From Ferroglobus placidus DSM 10642 (GTDB lineage Archaea; Halobacteriota; Archaeoglobi; Archaeoglobales; Archaeoglobaceae): a stretch of 32,000 nucleotides of DNA. Shown here piece by piece: positions 26,282-32,000 of the stretch. Below the pieces are notes generated by a model, which saw only the letters and a list, made by a program, of their open reading frames with translations, was not told the DNA's origin and ran no database searches. Each line of letters starts with the position of its first letter. The stretch's first letter is position 1. A program made the translations under genes and the position numbers. The stretch spans positions 750,001 through 782,000 of the forward strand of contig NC_013849.1 in assembly GCF_000025505.1 (NCBI RefSeq). The letters are read 5' to 3'.

Positions 26282-27040
26282 GCGTAGCAGTTTTTCAACA
26301 ACTTCTTTCTGCTCTTTCAAAACCCTAACCTTTTCTTCGAAGCTCAGCTCTCCTATTCCCAGATCGTCGAGTTCTATCGTAACGAGTCCTTCATAACCTG
26401 CATCTCCCACTTTTCTCAGCATCTCCATTACTTCTTCGCTCCTGCTAACTTCAACGTGCCTTCCCCTTTCATCGTATCCGCTTACGTGCAAATTCTCAAC
26501 TCTGTCGAGGATTTTCAGAAAGCTTTCGAAGTTTCCGTTCTTGGCAGCGTGGTTTAAATCCAGTGTAACTCCGAAACCAAATTTTTTCGAATAATATTCT
26601 ATCTCCTCAGCAGTTCTGCACAACCTGTTTATCCCCTTTTCGGAGTTTTCGAGAAGAACTTTGACGTTTTTTATCTCCGCGTAATTTTTCACTATTCTGA
26701 AGTACTTTTCCAAAGCAGCGTAATCCTCTTCAACAGGCTCCCTCTCAGCGCTCCTCTTTCCGCCGTGAATCGTAACGGGAGAAGAAAGCAGAGACGCTAT
26801 CTTAACGGAATACAGAGTCTCCTGAATCGAAAGCTCCGCCACCCTCTCGTTGGAAGAAACCGGATTTAAATCAATCACAGCTGAATGAACAGCTTTAACG
26901 AACCTCTCTATTTCTCCAAGCATCTTTTCATCCTTTTTCCACCAGAAATAAGGAGTTTCAACCCAGAACTCCACTCCATCGTATTCAGCAAGTTCCACAG
27001 CTTCAGCAATTCTGCCGAGAGGATACTCGAAGAGGAACAT
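26276..27040 (-). CDS. Sugar phosphate isomerase/epimerase-like TIM-barrel protein
   Basis: RIAEAVELAEYDGVEFWVETPYFW, LSSPVTIHGGKRS, VLLENSEKGINRLCRTAEEIEY, FGVTLDLNHAAKNG, LHVSGYDERGRHVE, YEGLVTIELDD. Confidence 0.85.
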   Translation of the reverse strand: MFLFEYPLGRIAEAVELAEYDGVEFWVETPYFWWKKDEKMLGEIERFVKAVHSAVIDLNPVSSNERVAELSIQETLYSVKIASLLSSPVTIHGGKRSAEREPVEEDYAALEKYFRIVKNYAEIKNVKVLLENSEKGINRLCRTAEEIEYYSKKFGFGVTLDLNHAAKNGNFESFLKILDRVENLHVSGYDERGRHVEVSRSEEVMEMLRKVGDAGYEGLVTIELDDLGIGELSFEEKVRVLKEQKEVVEKLLRL

Positions 27041-27054
27041 TGTAGAGAAGATTA

Positions 27055-28047
27055 TCAGACTTTCACCCCCTGCATTTTAAAGTAAAGGTTTCTTCGGGAG
27101 AGAAGCTTTTCGTAGTAGTTATTGCCGGTAGCAAAAACGCTCAAAAGGGGAGATTCTTTATCGTAAACTTCCCCTCTAACCGGGATGTCTCCGAAGAAAG
27201 GGTTTCCAGTTGGGGATACCTTTATTTTCACTCTCCGAGGAGCGAAAACAACCGCTCTCGCAGCGGTTCTCTTCGGCTTAACTTTTTCGAGCTTTTTACC
27301 TTCCACGGCTCTAACGTGAAGTTCGAAGAGGTTGACGTCAGAAGACAGCTCTATCGAATCGAGAGAACCCTGAAACCTCGGATTTACTTCTAAAACGTAC
27401 ACGTCATCTCCAAGTATAAAATCCACCCCGTAGTTTCCTATTAACTCAAAGTGCTCTCCAAGATCTTCTGCTATTTTGACCATCTCCTCAACTCTTTCGT
27501 GAACGAAAGGCGTGACGTTTCCGCAGTATTTGAATTTCGAAGCGAAAAAGTTCCTGTCTCCTACGAGCATTAGGTTAACCCCAGCCACTACGAATTCTTT
27601 CTCGGATCTCACAGCTGAAACCGAGCACGGAATACCTTCGACGAACTCCTGATGAACGTAGCCATCTTCATTTATCTCCCCGAACTTTATCCCCTCTCCG
27701 CCACCGCCAATTCTCGGCTTCAGAATTCCTCTTTCCCCATCGGAAAGAAGTTTTGGAAAATTTATTCCGATTTTTTCGAGTTCTCTGTAAAATTTCAGCT
27801 TGTCCACGAGTTCCTCTCTTACTTTACTTCCAAAGTTTTCCACGTCGAGAAGCTCGAAACCGGATGAAAGAATTACCTCAGCATTTAACGATTCGGAAAG
27901 CTCCTTAACCCTTTTTTCGTTCTCTTTATGATTTTCCACAGCTCTGAAAACTTTTTCAGCGTATAGGATTAGATCCGCATCTATATGTTTCGTGTAAGCG
28001 TACACTTCATACCCAGCCTTTCTCGCCGATTCGACAACATTTCTCAC
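27055..28047 (-). CDS. ATP-grasp family ligase
   Basis: GILKPRIGGGGEGIKF, GYVHQEFVEGIPCSVSAV, GNYGVDFILGDDVYVLEVNPRFQGSLDSIE. First usable in-frame start is GTG at 28047, but homology-like sequence extends upstream (see finding). Confidence 0.85.
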   Translation of the reverse strand: MRNVVESARKAGYEVYAYTKHIDADLILYAEKVFRAVENHKENEKRVKELSESLNAEVILSSGFELLDVENFGSKVREELVDKLKFYRELEKIGINFPKLLSDGERGILKPRIGGGGEGIKFGEINEDGYVHQEFVEGIPCSVSAVRSEKEFVVAGVNLMLVGDRNFFASKFKYCGNVTPFVHERVEEMVKIAEDLGEHFELIGNYGVDFILGDDVYVLEVNPRFQGSLDSIELSSDVNLFELHVRAVEGKKLEKVKPKRTAARAVVFAPRRVKIKVSPTGNPFFGDIPVRGEVYDKESPLLSVFATGNNYYEKLLSRRNLYFKMQGVKV

Positions 28048-28058
28048 GTTACTCCCAG

Positions 28059-28805
28059 CTACGAGGAACCTCTTATTTTCCTCGATATGACATCTTCCTC
28101 CTCGCTTCTGTAAACTTCTTTAACACTTCCCTCCCCTAAAACGTCCAATCCTCTGAACACAACAGCCGGAGTTGCTGAATCCCCTTCGCCCATTAGAAGG
28201 TTGGCGAAAGCAGCGATTTCGTCAACGACGCATTCTACAGTAACTTCGAGAACTTTCCCGTAAAGGTCTCTTTTTCCCCTCCAGTCCCTCAAAACTTCCA
28301 CTCCCGCAGAGCCTACAGCAAATCCCACGACGCCTTTCCTGAAGCACCTTCCGTTGGTGTCTGTGACGATCACGCCTACGTTCTTTCCGGTTAGCTCCGC
28401 TATCCTCTTCCTTATTTTTTCCGCACTCTCGTCCGGATTAACCGGAGGGAGTAAGAGTAGTCCTTTTTCAACGTTGCTCTGATCGATCCCAGCGTTAACG
28501 CAAACGTTCCCGAACTTAGCTTTAACGAGGAGAAATGGGTAATCGATCAAAACTTCTTCGCTCTCTTCAAGAACAGCCTGAACGAACCTCGGATCTTTAC
28601 CGATTTTCTTCGCTATCTCAATCGCTTTTTCGCTCGGTTTGTAATCTTCGAGCCTTCTAACTCTCCCTTCAGCCTTCGAAACTATCGTAGAGCAGATAGC
28701 CAAAACGTCTCCGTCTTTAAATTCGAAGAGATTCGAGACGATCTCCCCTATGTCGTCCCCTTCTTTTATCTCGGGAATTCCTTTTATTACGTGAACTTCG
28801 ATCAT
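28059..28805 (-). CDS. cofE: Coenzyme F420-0:L-glutamate ligase
   Basis: GDVLAICSTIVSKAEGRVRRLEDYKPS, VNAGIDQSNVEKGLLLLPPVNPDESAEKIRKRI, GVIVTDTNGRCFRKGVVGFAVGSAGVEVLRDWRG. Confidence 0.96.
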   Translation of the reverse strand: MIEVHVIKGIPEIKEGDDIGEIVSNLFEFKDGDVLAICSTIVSKAEGRVRRLEDYKPSEKAIEIAKKIGKDPRFVQAVLEESEEVLIDYPFLLVKAKFGNVCVNAGIDQSNVEKGLLLLPPVNPDESAEKIRKRIAELTGKNVGVIVTDTNGRCFRKGVVGFAVGSAGVEVLRDWRGKRDLYGKVLEVTVECVVDEIAAFANLLMGEGDSATPAVVFRGLDVLGEGSVKEVYRSEEEDVISRKIRGSS

Positions 28806-31561
28806 CTCGACAGAACTTCAAAGAGGAGATTTACGACCTCGTCTTTTTCTGGCATTATCTGCCCTGCTCCCTGAGCGAGATCTCTTCTTCCGCCACCGCT
28901 TCCTTTTACGAGTTTTCCTATCTCCCTCATTAACTCTCTCGCATCTACTTTTTCGTGCCCGCTGAAGGTAACGAGCCTTACTCCCTCTTTTCCACTGAGC
29001 AAAACTCCGACGAAGCCCATTTCAGCCAGCTTCTGCCCGAGTTTGGCTAAGGTCTTTATGTCTTCGTCTATTCTCTCAACAACTATCTTTATCCCGTCGA
29101 ACTCCTCGTAATTTTCCGCTATTCTCTCAGCTTTCAGCTTCGCAATTTCTTCCTTCAGCTTTTCTATCTCCTTCTTTTGCTCTTTCCACTCCTCGAAGAA
29201 CCTTTCAACAGTTTTAGGAAGAATTGAAGGTTCAACTCTCAGAATTGAGCTCGCTTCTTTAAGCAGAGACTCTTGCTTCGCTACATGCTCTAAAGCAGCT
29301 TCTCCAGCTGCGTATTCGAACCTTATAACTCCGTCCTGAATTGACTCGACCTTCAGAATCTTGAACATTCCGATTTCGCCGGTGCTTTCAACATGAGTTC
29401 CTCCGCAAGCCTGAACGTCGTCTCCAGCTTGGACAACCCTTATAACCTTCCCCGGAGGAACTCCACCCTGATAAAGTCTGAAGCCAAACTTTTTCTCAGC
29501 TTCGTTTCTTTCCATGAACGTCCATCTCACAGGCTTGTTCGCCATTATTTCTCTGTTAACTTCCCTCTCGATCTCTCTTATCTCCTCGTCGCTCAGCCTC
29601 TTGTAGTGAGTTACGTCAAGCCTCGCTTTGTCCTTCTCCTTCCTCGCACCAGCCTGCCAGACGTGTTTTCCAAGCTTTTTCTGAAGAACGTTGAGCAGAA
29701 GGTGTGTGGCTGTGTGGTGCCTCATGTGTCTGAACCTCGTTTCTTCGTCTACCAACCCTTTCACTTTATCTCCAACTCTAAGCTCCCCGTCAACCTTGTG
29801 AACGACTACTCCGTCCTCCTCGAAAACGTCCACAACCCTAACCTTTTTGTCTTTCGCGATAAGATAACCAACATCGTTGTCCTGTCCACCGCTTTCCGGA
29901 TAGAAAGCAGTTTTATTTAAAATCACGAGGTCCCCTTCAACCCCTATAACTTCAGCTTCGAATTCGAGAAGCTTTGAGTTATAATAAAGCTTTTCAGTTT
30001 CTGGATAATCGTTCTTTAGTATCTTCGGCTTCTCTTTCTTTTCAGCTTTAGAGTGCCTCGAAGCGAGCTCGGCGTACAAATCCTCAACCTCCTCAACCTC
30101 AGCTCCTTCTTTTTCCGCTATGCTTATTACGATCTCGGGAGGAATTCCGTGGGAATCGTAGAATTCGATTAAGTCCTCTTTCGTTACCTTCTTCTTTCTC
30201 TTCACGGTTCTTTCAACCATCGATTTTCCTCTCTCTATCGTCCTTTTGTACTTCTCCGTCTCAAGCTCAAGAATCTCTTGGATAGTGTCAAGCTCTACTT
30301 CAAACTCGAAGGCTTTCAGAATCTTCCTGTGAAGCTCCACCAAATCGAAAAGCGTTAGCGTAAAGCCGATGTCGTCAGCTAACCTCAAACTCCTCCTGAT
30401 CATTAGTCTTGCCAAGTATCCAGCCCCAGCATTAGAGGGGACTAAACCGTCTCCGAGCATGAAGAGGATCGCTCTCGTGTGATCCGCTAAAGCGTAAGCT
30501 TTCTCCATCGGGGAAATTATCCTGTCAAGCACCTCAACGCTCATTCCGAACTTGTCGGCAATGCTCTTTCTAAGCTTCAAAAGCTCTTCTCCTCTCAAAG
30601 AGCTCATAACTCCAGCCAGTTTCGAGCTTTCAGCTAAAAGCCCCTTCATGTCTTCATCTTTTCTGCTGAATTCAATGCTGCTGTTTTCGACGATTTTATC
30701 AACGACCTCCGGAAATATCGCATCGTAAACTGTTGGAGTCCCCTGAGATGCCCACACAAAACGCTCAAGTCCGTAGCCGGTATCGACGATGTAGTTGTCC
30801 ATCCTTCTGTATCTCTCTCCTTTGATCTCTATGTCGCCATTCGGATCAAGTTCGAGGTTCATGAAAACTAAGGTGGCAAGCTCAAGTCCGCCGACAATCG
30901 CTTCTAAGCAAGGTCCAGCATTTCCTCCTCCAGCCCAAGGCTCTTCTTTGTACACTATTTCTTCCTTCCTTACTCCAAGCTCGTTTAACAGCTCTGTGCA
31001 GTAAGCTACAGTTTCGTTCTTCCAGTAAATCTCCTTTCCGGGATAGTTGAAAGCGTGATGCGCCATCATTTCGAACAACGTAAGGTGCCTTCCGGTTCTC
31101 CCAATGCTGTCGAGATCTTCCATTCTTATACACGGCTGGGATATGGTGAGGGGATTAGCCGGAGGAGGAACTAAACCGGAGGTTACGAAAGGTTGAAAGT
31201 CAGCTATACTTGCTATCGTCAAGTAGATGTCATCTCTCCACCTCGCGACAACCGGATAACGCTCAATTCTTTCGTGCCCCCTCTTTTCGAAGAACGATAA
31301 GTAATACTCCCTCATCTCGTCGATGTTCATTTTTTTCTTGAAAATTGGATTACCTATGAACGTGTAAGTTCCGCATGGAGGATCTCCGCAAATTTCTCTG
31401 CTTTCATCGGCAGTCCAGAAGTATTTGCCACACGAAGGGCACTTCTTTCTGACGAATCCGTTCTCCTTGAGGAACGTTATGTCTAAATACTCCTTCTCCA
31501 AGCTCATCGGATTTTCAAACTTCCGCAAAAAATATAACAGTTTCGTAACCGCTTTTTCCAA
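28802..31561 (-). CDS. alaS: Alanyl-tRNA synthetase, archaeal type
   Basis: FEKRGHERIERYPVVARWRDDIYLTIASIADFQPFVTSG; GRTGRHLTLFEMMAHHAFNYPG; RHHTATHLLLNVLQKKLG; VQACGGTHVESTGEIG. Confidence 0.98.
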   Translation of the reverse strand: MEKAVTKLLYFLRKFENPMSLEKEYLDITFLKENGFVRKKCPSCGKYFWTADESREICGDPPCGTYTFIGNPIFKKKMNIDEMREYYLSFFEKRGHERIERYPVVARWRDDIYLTIASIADFQPFVTSGLVPPPANPLTISQPCIRMEDLDSIGRTGRHLTLFEMMAHHAFNYPGKEIYWKNETVAYCTELLNELGVRKEEIVYKEEPWAGGGNAGPCLEAIVGGLELATLVFMNLELDPNGDIEIKGERYRRMDNYIVDTGYGLERFVWASQGTPTVYDAIFPEVVDKIVENSSIEFSRKDEDMKGLLAESSKLAGVMSSLRGEELLKLRKSIADKFGMSVEVLDRIISPMEKAYALADHTRAILFMLGDGLVPSNAGAGYLARLMIRRSLRLADDIGFTLTLFDLVELHRKILKAFEFEVELDTIQEILELETEKYKRTIERGKSMVERTVKRKKKVTKEDLIEFYDSHGIPPEIVISIAEKEGAEVEEVEDLYAELASRHSKAEKKEKPKILKNDYPETEKLYYNSKLLEFEAEVIGVEGDLVILNKTAFYPESGGQDNDVGYLIAKDKKVRVVDVFEEDGVVVHKVDGELRVGDKVKGLVDEETRFRHMRHHTATHLLLNVLQKKLGKHVWQAGARKEKDKARLDVTHYKRLSDEEIREIEREVNREIMANKPVRWTFMERNEAEKKFGFRLYQGGVPPGKVIRVVQAGDDVQACGGTHVESTGEIGMFKILKVESIQDGVIRFEYAAGEAALEHVAKQESLLKEASSILRVEPSILPKTVERFFEEWKEQKKEIEKLKEEIAKLKAERIAENYEEFDGIKIVVERIDEDIKTLAKLGQKLAEMGFVGVLLSGKEGVRLVTFSGHEKVDARELMREIGKLVKGSGGGRRDLAQGAGQIMPEKDEVVNLLFEVLSR

Positions 31562-31600
31562 GCGAAAACTTTAAATTGATGATTTCGTCGGGGACATAAG

Positions 31601-31852
31601 ATGAAAATAATTAGATGTCCTTCTTGCGGAGAGGAAATCGAATTAAAAGACCTCTACGAAGGGATGGAAGTAAACTGTAGCCTCTGCGGAATTACTTTGC
31701 TTTACGAAGAGGGGAAGTTCATACTTCTCGACACGAACGAAGAGTTCGATCCAGAAGATTTGCAAGAGGACTTCGAGGAAGAAGAGGAGTTTGAAGAGGA
31801 AGAGTTCGAAGAAGAAGAGGAAGAGTACGATTACGACTACGACGAATACTGA
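31601..31852 (+). CDS. Small zinc-ribbon protein with long Glu/Asp/Tyr-rich C-terminal tail
   Basis: IIRCPSCGEEIELKDLYEGMEVNCSLCGITLLYEEGKF (CxxC...CxxC), then EEEEEFEEEEFEEEEEEYDYDYDEY. Confidence 0.85.
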   Translation: MKIIRCPSCGEEIELKDLYEGMEVNCSLCGITLLYEEGKFILLDTNEEFDPEDLQEDFEEEEEFEEEEFEEEEEEYDYDYDEY

Positions 31853-31886
31853 AAAATTTTTAAAAAATTTTTACTTTTTCAACTTT

Positions 31887-32000
31887 ATGAAACTTCTTGC
31901 TCTGGTCGGAAGCAAAAGGCACGGAAACAGCATTTTTTCCTCCAAGTACATCGCTAAAAAAATCGGAGCAGAGCTGGAGATAGTCAATTTGGCAAATTCG
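31887..32000 (+). CDS. NADPH-dependent FMN reductase/flavodoxin-like protein, partial at window edge
   Basis: MKLLALVGSKRHGNSIFSSKYIAKKIGAELEIVNLANS; GSxRxxS-like flavin phosphate-binding loop. Confidence 0.75.
   Translation, partial: MKLLALVGSKRHGNSIFSSKYIAKKIGAELEIVNLANS

Noticed and set aside
29393-29920. 175-aa plus-strand ORF opposite alaS
   Set aside because: Fully antisense to AlaRS, no motif or RBS/promoter support.
1-32000. CRISPR arrays, insertion sequences, rRNA genes
   Set aside because: No regularly spaced direct repeats, no terminal inverted repeats with a transposase ORF, and no rRNA-like conserved stretches were noticed while reading.

Overview
Archaeal chromosome segment with an Archaeoglobales-like gene repertoire; the lineage is inferred from protein content only. 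Most of the window is compact, translationally coupled housekeeping operons:
- SpoVT/AbrB-type protein (window edge), then pdaD - dys - CDP-alcohol phosphotransferase - elp3 - Sua5 on the minus strand
- icd and tRNA-Asp(GTC)
- gatD, argH and thermosome
- aIF2-alpha, Nop10, PAC2-family protein and a small Cys-rich protein
- TIM-barrel epimerase-like protein, ATP-grasp protein, cofE and alaS
Two accessory regions stand out. (1) About 7.0-12.4 kb, next to tRNA-Asp, is a three-gene McrBC-type restriction cassette: a small ORF, a 1071-aa McrB-like GTPase and McrC. In the McrB-like protein an EVE/PUA-like domain appears inserted between the Walker A motif and the rest of the McrB AAA+ core. A second PUA-like segment and a duplicated N-terminal module precede it. 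(2) About 12.7-19.8 kb is a signalling-like region. It holds a wHTH/MFS-like/MinD-like trio, a CutA/nucleotidyltransferase pair and a BlaI/BlaR1-like repressor-protease pair. It also holds a four-gene coupled operon with one intact KaiC-family ATPase, two RecA/KaiC-like proteins lacking a P-loop, and an unassigned protein. No CRISPR array, rRNA operon or insertion sequence was recognised. All calls come from reading motifs; no database search was run.
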